Virus record (IMG/VR): IMGVR_UViG_3300043775_000620
Span: 1 to 30,913 of that record
Direction: 5' to 3' (one strand)
Source of the DNA: a virus
DNA length: 30,913 bases
The stretch's first letter is position 1. The number at the start of each line of letters is the position of its first letter. Positions 14,104 to 21,633 of this stretch are shown one piece after another. The notes beneath the pieces are model-generated. The model saw nothing but the letters and a program-made list of their open reading frames with translations. It did no database searches and was not told the origin of the DNA. The position numbers and the translations under genes were made by a program.

Positions 14104-14117
14104 AATAGCGGTTAACA
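14102..14117. repeat. Right arm of the 16-nt inverted repeat (AAAATAGCGGTTAACA)
   Basis: Reverse complement of 13140..13155; overlaps the ligase stop codon. Confidence 0.9.
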
Positions 14118-14121
14118 GTCT

Positions 14122-14157
14122 GATTGGCGATGGTTTTAATCTCGCCAATCATTTGTT
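14122..14157 (+). terminator. Hairpin with a T-rich tail downstream of the ligase (candidate terminator or processing hairpin)
   Basis: GATTGGCGA-N11-TCGCCAATC (9 bp) followed by ATTTGTT. The arms are related to the upstream hairpin (TTGGCGA...GCCAAT). Confidence 0.5.
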
Positions 14158-14181
14158 ATAAATTAAATAAATAAATAAATT

Positions 14182-14391
14182 ATGGATAAAACAATTATTA
14201 TAAAATCCTTGCAATGTTATATAACAAGGAAAACGCAAAAGATAAATCGAATTAATAGAATTATTTTAAATGACCCTGGTTGTGAAAATTTACAGAATTT
14301 AAAAAGAGGATTAAGGCATAACAAGGCATTGATAAAAAGAGCTGAACAGCAAATTTTATTCTTTGAGAATTTTGTTTTTAATAAACTATAA
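14182..14391 (+). CDS. Hypothetical basic protein (69 aa)
   Basis: Intact ORF; its 3' end converges on and overlaps 14386..14955 by 6 nt. No family recognised. Confidence 0.45.
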   Translation: MDKTIIIKSLQCYITRKTQKINRINRIILNDPGCENLQNLKRGLRHNKALIKRAEQQILFFENFVFNKL

Positions 14392-14955
14392 AGAACTACC
14401 AACTACAACACCCAACACAACACCAATCGGCAAAGCGTACTTATAGAAATTATTTGTGCGCTTTTGCTTTTTAATAAACTTCTCTTGCTTTTTTGCAAGT
14501 TCAATTAAATTTTTCTCTTTTACTTCAAATTGACCTATAATACTATCTTTAAAAATACCTGCAGTTTTTTCATTTCCTAACATTTCAGTAGTAACAACAT
14601 ACATACTATCTACATAATCGCAATCAACTAAACGCAAAGCAATTTCTAAACTATCTTTGTCTTTTAAAACTACTTTAGGATTTATGCGTTTTAAGGCACT
14701 TTTTTTATTTTTGTATAGTCTTTGTAGTTCAGATTGTTTCTTTTGATTCTGACTATCTAAAAACGCTATTGTGTCACGATATTTAGATATTACTTCTTTA
14801 TTTATGGAATCATTTTTTACTTTTACTTCTTTATAGACTAATTTAGGTGCAGGACTTTCGCAACCTCTAAAAAGCATAAATACTAAAAGCACCACAAAAG
14901 CAATAAACCAAATGTTTAATCGCTTAATAAAATTGTATAGATTAATTTGTATCAT
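14386..14955 (-). CDS. Membrane protein with an N-terminal signal/lipobox-like Cys and a C-terminal TM anchor (u-spanin-like architecture)
   Basis: N-terminus KRLNIWFIAFVVLLVFMLFRGC(32)ESPAP; extreme C-terminus YALPIGVVLGVVVGSSL; the middle is charged and helical. Confidence 0.6.
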   Translation of the reverse strand: MIQINLYNFIKRLNIWFIAFVVLLVFMLFRGCESPAPKLVYKEVKVKNDSINKEVISKYRDTIAFLDSQNQKKQSELQRLYKNKKSALKRINPKVVLKDKDSLEIALRLVDCDYVDSMYVVTTEMLGNEKTAGIFKDSIIGQFEVKEKNLIELAKKQEKFIKKQKRTNNFYKYALPIGVVLGVVVGSSL

Positions 14956-15139
14956 TAGTAATATCTTTTAATTGTTTAAAAATTTGCTCTTGATTTTCTC
15001 CCCAGAACATTTCACATTTCCCATCTTTATAAGGCGGTTCTGTGAAGTAACTTTGCCACATTCCATCTATTGCTTTATACCTTTTGCAATTATCTTTTAA
15101 TGGGCAATTAAAACCGCTACATTTTGTTATATCACTCAT
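14942..15139 (-). CDS. Small Cys-rich hypothetical protein (65 aa)
   Basis: TKCSGFNCPLKDNCKRY...GKCEMFW cysteine pattern; overlaps both neighbours. Confidence 0.6.
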   Translation of the reverse strand: MSDITKCSGFNCPLKDNCKRYKAIDGMWQSYFTEPPYKDGKCEMFWGENQEQIFKQLKDITNDTN

Positions 15140-15285
15140 TGTAATTCATCTTTAATATTTTGATAATCATAACCTGCACTAATCAATAAGTTAGTTATAA
15201 TTTCAATTATTTCTTCTGTTGTTAAGTCATCATAATCACATTCGAAAGTATGCTTTTTTTTGTGTGCCTCGATTTGTATTTTCAT
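15136..15285 (-). CDS. Small acidic hypothetical protein (49 aa)
   Basis: Hand translation gives MKIQIEAHKKKHTFECDYDDLTTEEIIEIITNLLISAGYDYQNIKDELQ. ATGA-type overlaps at both ends fill an otherwise empty gap. Confidence 0.35.
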   Translation of the reverse strand: MKIQIEAHKKKHTFECDYDDLTTEEIIEIITNLLISAGYDYQNIKDELQ

Positions 15286-16187
15286 AAAAAGTTATTTGTT
15301 TTAAATTTTAAATAATTCATATAAGCCGAATTACCTATTTCGTTAGTACTATCACAGTCATCACATTGCATAAGCCTTTTAATAGTTCCTAAAGCAGTAA
15401 CATTATTTTTAAGCAAAGTTACATTTTCTGAACCGCAACAACTACAACTATATTTTAGGTTTCCGCCTAAAACTCCAGCGTGAGTATTTGGTTTTATATA
15501 ATTTTGCATTGTTAAGAAAACATCTTCTAAAACTATAATATCGCCTTCGCAATAAACTACCATTTCTTGCATTGCTTCTTTAGAGCCTTTTAAAACGTCT
15601 TTCCACATATCAAAACCTCTATGTTGAACCTTTGCCCCTACTCCTAAAAATTGTGCTATGTAATCGAGTTTATTAGAATTAAAATTAAATCCGTTTTTAG
15701 CTTTCTTTAAAGTATCTAAAGTTTTATATTGTGGGAACATTGGCACTCGGTGGAAAATACATCTTGTTCTAATCCATTTAATATCGAATCTATCACCATT
15801 ATGAGCAATAAGTTCATCAGCAGTATTAGCAACATTTACAAAATCGATTAACATTTGCTTGTCGCATTTGTTTTTATCCCACGTTAACGAATGTATTTTA
15901 TCTTCGCTTTCCCATTTGTACGAAATACAAATTATTTTCCTTTCTTCGATTATATCATGAGGTTGTAGACTTAAATTGTAACCTATACGCCACGCATAAC
16001 ATATATTTGGGCTTGTTTCGATATCAAAAAATAATCTTCTTATTTGATTTTGTGGCTCTCGAAGTTTTAATAGTTCAACTTCTTGCTCTTTTGAAAGCCT
16101 GTAACGATTTCTTAAATTAAATTCAAGTCCTAACTTTCTTACTTCTGCATTATTTAACCTATAACGTCTGTTTTTGTTTGGTTTCAT
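15282..16187 (-). CDS. DnaQ/RNase H-fold 3'-5' exonuclease with a C-terminal zinc ribbon
   Basis: Exo I FFDIETS, Exo II HNGDRFDIKW, Exo III YCEGDIIVLEDVF, and C-terminal CSCCGS...CDDCDS. Confidence 0.7.
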   Translation of the reverse strand: MKPNKNRRYRLNNAEVRKLGLEFNLRNRYRLSKEQEVELLKLREPQNQIRRLFFDIETSPNICYAWRIGYNLSLQPHDIIEERKIICISYKWESEDKIHSLTWDKNKCDKQMLIDFVNVANTADELIAHNGDRFDIKWIRTRCIFHRVPMFPQYKTLDTLKKAKNGFNFNSNKLDYIAQFLGVGAKVQHRGFDMWKDVLKGSKEAMQEMVVYCEGDIIVLEDVFLTMQNYIKPNTHAGVLGGNLKYSCSCCGSENVTLLKNNVTALGTIKRLMQCDDCDSTNEIGNSAYMNYLKFKTNNFL

Positions 16188-16244
16188 AATTATTTATGTT
16201 TGTTATTACGGACAATAAAGGCTTTTTTGTTTATAATAACGGAT

Positions 16245-16622
16245 TTACCAACGTGCTTTTCTTCCTCTATGGTCGTAATGCGTGAAAGTAGGGTAAACTC
16301 CTACACCGCCTTCTTTCATTTTACCTTGTTCAATAAGTCCTTCAATTACTAAAGCCACTTCTTTAGGTGTCATTCCTGCAACTTTAATATCCGCAGCAGT
16401 ACCTCTTAAATGTTGGCTATCTTTTACAGCTCCAGGTAATTTAGCATTATATTTCGGACTTCTGTAACCGCTTGTAATTGTAATAGGTTTATTTATTGCA
16501 GTTCGTAATACTTCAAGATTTCGTGCAAGTTCAACAATATTTGAAAGTGCGCTGTTTGGAATATCTCCGCCATCTTTACACTTAAATTCTTCTAAACTAA
16601 AATTAGTCGTTATTTTTGCCAT
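16245..16622 (-). CDS. Endolysin, peptidase M15 (L-alanyl-D-glutamate / D-Ala-D-Ala peptidase-like)
   Basis: SGYRSPKYN...SQHLRGTAADI...THYDHRG matches the Zn-binding H..D...H signature of Peptidase_M15_3-like phage lysins. Confidence 0.85.
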   Translation of the reverse strand: MAKITTNFSLEEFKCKDGGDIPNSALSNIVELARNLEVLRTAINKPITITSGYRSPKYNAKLPGAVKDSQHLRGTAADIKVAGMTPKEVALVIEGLIEQGKMKEGGVGVYPTFTHYDHRGRKARW

Positions 16623-16776
16623 CTTTTTTATTTTTAATTAATTCAATAGTTTTCATAATCGTGTAAACAATAGAAACGCATAATAATAATATTTTTAAAG
16701 TAGCCTCTACATTTGAAAAGCTAATAGCCATTGTTAGTGTATTCAATGCGTATAATCTTAAATCGTTAATTTGCAT
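16603..16776 (-). CDS. Small membrane protein (57 aa), second holin/antiholin-like gene; below the ORF-track cutoff
   Basis: Hand translation gives MQINDLRLYALNTLTMAISFSNVEATLKILLLCVSIVYTIMKTIELIKNKKDGKNND. It overlaps the holin stop and the endolysin start. Confidence 0.4.
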   Translation of the reverse strand: MQINDLRLYALNTLTMAISFSNVEATLKILLLCVSIVYTIMKTIELIKNKKDGKNND

Positions 16777-16966
16777 TTTTAGCTTTCATTAAACGTTCTA
16801 CAATATTTGTTGCTCCTTCTATTGCTATGTAAGATGTTGCAATAATTACCCAATCAGTTGACGTAATAACACCACTAAATAAACCTGCTGATGCTACAAC
16901 AAAAACAGTTAATTTTCTACTTACCCATTTTGAAAGGAATAAGTCTATTTGTTCTTTTCTACTCAT
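16766..16966 (-). CDS. Putative holin (66 aa, two TM segments)
   Basis: LTVFVVASAGLFSGVI and WVIIATSYIAIEGA hydrophobic segments with a charged C-terminus; located upstream of the endolysin. Confidence 0.5.
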   Translation of the reverse strand: MSRKEQIDLFLSKWVSRKLTVFVVASAGLFSGVITSTDWVIIATSYIAIEGATNIVERLMKAKNAN

Positions 16967-17156
16967 TCGGTATAAATTCTATTCGTTCTAAATCAATTAG
17001 TCTATGATATATTTCTTTAAACTCTTTGCAGTCTAAAACTTCAAGTCCTACTATCCATCTATTTAAACCATCTTTAGCAAACTCCAAACGATAACAATTA
17101 TTTGTATATCCGTTAAGTTCGTTATATTGTTCTTCTGTTGCGTGTAGTACTATCAT
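16959..17156 (-). CDS. Hypothetical protein (65 aa)
   Basis: Intact ORF with overlapping, coupled ends. Confidence 0.55.
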   Translation of the reverse strand: MIVLHATEEQYNELNGYTNNCYRLEFAKDGLNRWIVGLEVLDCKEFKEIYHRLIDLERIEFIPNE

Positions 17157-18016
17157 AATCCTGTCATATATGTATTAATTGCATTTACAAAATCCGTGTT
17201 TTCAGAAACTAAAGAAGCACCCATTGCATACATAGAAATTTCACTTGCCCCATAAGTACTTGCATTTCTTAAAATATATTGATTTGCATTTGGTAACCCT
17301 GTTGATGTTTGCGTTCTTGCCCCTGAAACAATACCATTAAATAAAGTTACATTTGTTAAACTTGTTCTGTGTATTGATTTTGTAGGTGTACCTGTTGCAA
17401 ATGAAAAAGCACTTGTAGGAACTCCAACTAAAGGATTTGAAGAGTTAATTCTTTGAGCTGTACTACTTGAGAATTGAGAGTTATTTATAGTTGTAGTTGT
17501 ACCATCTAAAGTGGTATTCATTGCACTACCTGAAAACACATAAAAATAACGACTCGCATTATTTAAAGTGTAATTACTTCCATTTGCAGTAGGATTGAAT
17601 TTTGTATCAATATATGCACTTGAACCATTTCCTGTAAAACCTTCTTTAGTTGTAAAAGTTGGACTTGAAACCGCTTCGTATTGCAATAATCTTTTCCAAT
17701 CTATTAAAGCAAATTGACTATTTCCATCAGTTGCAAATAAAGCAAATGTATCTAATTTATTCCAAATACCCGCAGCTTTTAAATCAATCAATAACTGATT
17801 CTGTTTTAATTTTACAGCATCACTTGGTAAAGTATAACCATTTGTTGTTGCATAGTCTAAAATAGATTGATAATCTACATCATAAGCAAAACCTACAATA
17901 TTAGTATCGCCTGCCCAACTATTAGCGTGAACAGAACCCCAACTAATATTATTATTAACTGCACCTTGCCCCCAACCTATATTATTATTTTTCGCTCCTT
18001 GTCCCCAATCGCTCAT
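17153..18016 (-). CDS. Putative tail fibre / receptor-binding protein
   Basis: N-terminal tandem WGQGAxNNNI(G/S) repeats and an S/T/N/G-rich beta-type remainder. It has its own TATATTTG box and lies just before the lysis cassette. Confidence 0.5.
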   Translation of the reverse strand: MSDWGQGAKNNNIGWGQGAVNNNISWGSVHANSWAGDTNIVGFAYDVDYQSILDYATTNGYTLPSDAVKLKQNQLLIDLKAAGIWNKLDTFALFATDGNSQFALIDWKRLLQYEAVSSPTFTTKEGFTGNGSSAYIDTKFNPTANGSNYTLNNASRYFYVFSGSAMNTTLDGTTTTINNSQFSSSTAQRINSSNPLVGVPTSAFSFATGTPTKSIHRTSLTNVTLFNGIVSGARTQTSTGLPNANQYILRNASTYGASEISMYAMGASLVSENTDFVNAINTYMTGL

Positions 18017-18047
18017 TTTGTACTTTTTTTAATTGTTCAACTTTAGC

Positions 18048-18055
18048 CAAATATA
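18048..18055 (-). promoter_or_regulatory. Bacteroidota-type -7 box (TATATTTG) upstream of the fibre gene
   Basis: TAnnTTTG match 32 nt upstream of ATG 18016. Confidence 0.4.
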
Positions 18056-18090
18056 AATTTAGCTTTTTAAAATTCTCTATTTTCGGTTTT

Positions 18091-18603
18091 TTATAATTGC
18101 CACCCACCATAAAAATTATTTGTATCAGGATTTACATCCTCATTTGAATTACTATTGTATTCAGGATAAGTAGATTGATTAAAACACATAAAATCAATAA
18201 ATCTTTGCGTGTAACTTTCTGCAATATCCCTTTCCTTTTCTACCAAGTAATCAACTTCTGCTTTATCTACGTTTGTAGCGTTTTCAGAAGTATGTTTAAA
18301 TAAACCTTTGTTGCTTAATGTATAAGCAGCGAAAGGTAAATAATAAACCATTGCCCAATGAATAAGCATAGGTTTAACATAAGTAGTTAAAAGTGTTTTA
18401 TATTCGGAAAATTCAGGCTCATTTATATCATCGTTTAAAATTAAATCTTGTAACTTTTTATATAATTGTGAACCTAAATAATTTTGAATTGTAATGTCCT
18501 GACTAATCTTAATATATTCGATAAAATCGTCAGCATCTAAATTGCCATTTGTTATCGTAAATTTCTTTACGTCTTCGGTTGATATAAGTAATGCGTAAGC
18601 CAT
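18091..18603 (-). CDS. Putative head-tail connector (gp6-like) protein
   Basis: The N-terminus ISTEDVKKFTITNGNLDADDFIEYIKISQDITIQNYLG follows the typical connector/adaptor pattern; located directly after the portal gene. Confidence 0.4.
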   Translation of the reverse strand: MAYALLISTEDVKKFTITNGNLDADDFIEYIKISQDITIQNYLGSQLYKKLQDLILNDDINEPEFSEYKTLLTTYVKPMLIHWAMVYYLPFAAYTLSNKGLFKHTSENATNVDKAEVDYLVEKERDIAESYTQRFIDFMCFNQSTYPEYNSNSNEDVNPDTNNFYGGWQL

Positions 18604-18610
18604 AGTTTAA

Positions 18611-20410
18611 TTATTTAGGTAAAAAGCCTTTATTAGGCATATCAATAGGTCTTTGAGAAACTATTTCAGGATTTTTTATAACGTATCCGTATTGCTCGGC
18701 TTTACGCCCTGCTATTTGTTTTGCTTTTGGTGAATTAACATCTATGTTTACATTTTCAAAACTTGCATAAACTTGTTTATTCCATCTATGATGGCAAGCT
18801 CCCCCGCCTTTATAAAACCATACATTTACTAAAGGACTTCCGTTAGGTCCAAAACCTTTTTTCTCTCCTTTAGAGTTAGTTCTAACCTCGTTTACTTCTT
18901 TATTTGACATTGCTATAATATCTTCTTTACGATATATTTTACCAGCGTCAATCATTTTTTGGCAAAACTTTCTACTTTTTAAAGTTGTTTCACCTGCGTA
19001 AACATATCGAGTTATAAAACGGACTCCGTCAATAGTTTCATCTTGTTCACTTTTTGAGTTTCCTCTTGCAGTACCGGTACTTACTAAATTGATTATTTTA
19101 GATAATAAACTTTGATTTGATTCTTTAGATAACAATTCATTTTCTGCATCGTCATTATCGTAATCAACTTCGCTTTCATCAATTAAAAGCCATTTATCAT
19201 TAGGTGTTTCACCTAAAGAAATTAAAGCATCAGCAACTGAATCATCTGAACTATTTTCACTTAAACAACAAGTATGAGCTGATAATTGCGTTCCTGTTTC
19301 TTCTGCTACTTGTTCAGAAGTTTGTGCATTCTCTAAATCAGTAAACTCTAAAGGTTGAATAGTTTTAAAGTATAATTTCAATTTAATATTGTTAACAACT
19401 AAAATAGTATCCAACGCTTCAATAATTTCTAATTGATAAGGTTTGATAACTAAATTATCATAAAGTAAAGTCGCTGTTTTTATTTCGTCTGCATTGTTAG
19501 AAAATCCACCGCCTGAATCCCTAACTCCTAAAAGCATAGGACTTGTAACTCTATGCCCTACAACTAATTTTTCAAAACATTCTTTTGCTAAATACTCATA
19601 GTGTTGTGGTGCATCGTTTAATGGTATATCAGTTACTTCCGTTGCATTTTCTTTGCTGCTATTAAACGATACAATTACTTTTTGACCTTTTGCACCTGTT
19701 AATTTACGTTTTACATCAGCTGAAATTTCTTCTCTTTTTTCTTCTGGCGGTATATTGTTATTAAAGTTTACAACTTTAGTACCACTAAAACCATTCATTA
19801 CATCGTTAATCAAATAGTCTGAAATTTCTTCTTCTAACTTTGCATAAGGTAACGCACCAGAATAATCAATCGGAGTGTAATAATGGTAACCACTTACATA
19901 TGGTCTTACAACATAAAGTTCAACTTCTTTTTTATTTCCAAAACCAAAAGCAGGTATTCTTTTTAATTCATCACTCGGTTTTTTATTTGCCCAATCTGGG
20001 TGATAATACCACGCTTCTATTTCGCCTTTATCGTTGCATTTTTCAGCACGTAAAGTATGCATTGGGAAGTGATCAACAAATTTAACCTCGCCCTTTTCAT
20101 AACCTACTTGCATAGCAGCCATTCCTAAAAGTTTACGTTCTAAAGCAACTTTTTTTAATGCGTTTGGCTTTATAATAGAAATCATTTTAGCGTACTCATC
20201 AGGTTTTTTATTAGCGTCTAAAGCACTAATGCCTTTTCCGTAAATCATATTACTACAACCTGTAATAATAGCGTTATTTGTGGTGCTATATAAATACCTA
20301 TCAATTAAAAACTGAAAGTAATTGTTATCTGCTCCATATTCCACAAAATCGCCTTTTTTACTTTCGTTAATTTGTGGAGAAGTATAAGCACTTAAATTTA
20401 ATACATACAT
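18611..20410 (-). CDS. Portal protein with a C-terminal MuF/SPP1 gp7-like head-morphogenesis domain
   Basis: 599 aa. The N-terminal ~380 aa are portal-like in size and composition, an acidic linker follows, and the C-terminus carries RKFCQKMIDAGKIYRKEDI...GGGACHHRWNK resembling the MuF-type Cx2(C/M)...H..C motif. Confidence 0.6.
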   Translation of the reverse strand: MYVLNLSAYTSPQINESKKGDFVEYGADNNYFQFLIDRYLYSTTNNAIITGCSNMIYGKGISALDANKKPDEYAKMISIIKPNALKKVALERKLLGMAAMQVGYEKGEVKFVDHFPMHTLRAEKCNDKGEIEAWYYHPDWANKKPSDELKRIPAFGFGNKKEVELYVVRPYVSGYHYYTPIDYSGALPYAKLEEEISDYLINDVMNGFSGTKVVNFNNNIPPEEKREEISADVKRKLTGAKGQKVIVSFNSSKENATEVTDIPLNDAPQHYEYLAKECFEKLVVGHRVTSPMLLGVRDSGGGFSNNADEIKTATLLYDNLVIKPYQLEIIEALDTILVVNNIKLKLYFKTIQPLEFTDLENAQTSEQVAEETGTQLSAHTCCLSENSSDDSVADALISLGETPNDKWLLIDESEVDYDNDDAENELLSKESNQSLLSKIINLVSTGTARGNSKSEQDETIDGVRFITRYVYAGETTLKSRKFCQKMIDAGKIYRKEDIIAMSNKEVNEVRTNSKGEKKGFGPNGSPLVNVWFYKGGGACHHRWNKQVYASFENVNIDVNSPKAKQIAGRKAEQYGYVIKNPEIVSQRPIDMPNKGFLPK

Positions 20411-20412
20411 AA

Positions 20413-20742
20413 TTATTCAAATATTTTATATTCGTTTGTTGTAACATGTTCAACGTAAGCATCTTTATTTATACTATACGTTTCTAAATTTTGATTAGTA
20501 CAAAATATCTTATCTCTATAAACGATATTTGTACCATCTTTAATAGTCAAAGTGTAATATTTATTTTCTTTAATTGGAAAAATTACAGAAGTAGTAACAA
20601 AATATTTACTAATTGAAAATGTAGCATCAATTTCAGTCTCAATATTTGTTTCTTCATCTCTTAAAACAATAGTGTCCGCATCACTACCATAGATAATAGC
20701 GTTTAGTGTTTGTGCGGTTGATTGCTCTTTTAAAATAATCAT
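20413..20742 (-). CDS. Hypothetical beta-rich protein (109 aa)
   Basis: Intact ORF preceded by the conserved upstream motif, 2 nt upstream of the portal gene. Confidence 0.6.
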   Translation of the reverse strand: MIILKEQSTAQTLNAIIYGSDADTIVLRDEETNIETEIDATFSISKYFVTTSVIFPIKENKYYTLTIKDGTNIVYRDKIFCTNQNLETYSINKDAYVEHVTTNEYKIFE

Positions 20743-20750
20743 ATTACTTA

Positions 20751-20785
20751 TTTATTTAAAAACAACAATTTAACATTTTTGTTAA
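20751..20785 (-). promoter_or_regulatory. Conserved bipartite upstream motif, copy 2 (TTAACAAAAA-N10-TTGTTTTTAAATAAA)
   Basis: 15-mer at 20765..20751 (minus strand), 8 nt before ATG 20742. Confidence 0.5.
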
Positions 20786-20817
20786 TTGAATTTTATAAAT
20801 TTGTAAAAACTTAAATT

Positions 20818-21036
20818 ATGGAACCAAAACTTAAAGCAGTACAAATCATAATGAAAATGCAATTTCAAAAAGAACCTTTATCTTTTGCACAAGGTAAAAA
20901 ATGTGCATTAATAGCAGTAGATGATATAATAAAATACACAAGAAGCGTAAATACTATGCCACCAAATTGTCAGAAAATAGATAAAAATACAAAAGAGTAT
21001 TGGTTGAAAGTCAAACAAGAAATAGAAAAGTTATAA
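20818..21036 (+). CDS. Hypothetical protein (72 aa), lone plus-strand gene in the structural region
   Basis: Intact ORF ending at a bidirectional terminator, convergent with the tail-tube-like gene. Confidence 0.5.
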   Translation: MEPKLKAVQIIMKMQFQKEPLSFAQGKKCALIAVDDIIKYTRSVNTMPPNCQKIDKNTKEYWLKVKQEIEKL

Positions 21037-21069
21037 AAAAAAGCCTACTAAATTAATAGTAGGCTTTTT
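21035..21069. terminator. Bidirectional rho-independent terminator
   Basis: A8-AGCCTACTA-AATTAA-TAGTAGGCT-T5, between convergent genes. Confidence 0.8.
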
Positions 21070-21089
21070 AAATTCAAAACTATGAAAAA

Positions 21090-21617
21090 TTAAGAACCTG
21101 AAACCACTGTAAATCCTGCAGCCGTTAAAGTGTCGCCAATAAAGTTAGCAGGCGCTTGCTCTTGACCTGTAAGCGTTAAAGTATAACCGCTTAAATCTCC
21201 CATTGCGCCACCTGTAACGATTGTACCACCTGTAACCTCGCATCCGTGTTTTAAACCTGCATAAAAGAAATTTCCGTTATTATCTTCTACGATAACTTGC
21301 GGACGACCATAAGCCATAAGTTTCAATTCTTTATGGTCTTTAACAGTCAACTTTTTAAAAGTTAATTCTAAAACTTGTTCGTAAAATGTAGTTCCGTTTT
21401 CTCTTGAACTATTAATATTTTGAGTAAAGGTACTTGCACCTTTTAACTCGTATTTGTAAGCAGTTGGAGTACCTGCAACCGCATCGATAACATCCGTATT
21501 AGTTACATCGTAAGTGTATCCTGTTGCATCGCCATAATTAACGAAGTAAACATTTTTTAAACCACCTACGCTATCCTTACAAACTTCTAATCTTCCTAAT
21601 GATAAATCACAAGCCAT
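21090..21617 (-). CDS. Putative major tail (tube) protein
   Basis: 175 aa and beta-rich, with VGGLKNVYFVNY, TFYEQVLELTF, GRPQVIVEDNNGNFFYAGL and GYTLTLTGQEQAPA patterns reminiscent of siphovirus tail tube proteins. It lies immediately after the capsid gene. Confidence 0.45.
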   Translation of the reverse strand: MACDLSLGRLEVCKDSVGGLKNVYFVNYGDATGYTYDVTNTDVIDAVAGTPTAYKYELKGASTFTQNINSSRENGTTFYEQVLELTFKKLTVKDHKELKLMAYGRPQVIVEDNNGNFFYAGLKHGCEVTGGTIVTGGAMGDLSGYTLTLTGQEQAPANFIGDTLTAAGFTVVSGS

Positions 21618-21633
21618 ATTGTTTATTTTTTAT

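Noticed and set aside
14153-14181. TTGTTATAAATTAAATAAATAAATAAATT before ATG 14182 looks like the late motif TTGTTTTTAAATAAA on the plus strand.
   Set aside because: Only the TTGTT and AAATAAA parts match, the spacing differs, and there is no AACAAAAA upstream half. In AT-rich DNA this is too weak to call.
16188-16244. AT-rich inverted repeat GTTATTA ... TAATAAC between the endolysin and exonuclease genes, considered as a terminator.
   Set aside because: The 7-bp stem is entirely A/T-rich, the loop is about 25 nt, and no T-run follows. It is unlikely to be a functional intrinsic terminator.
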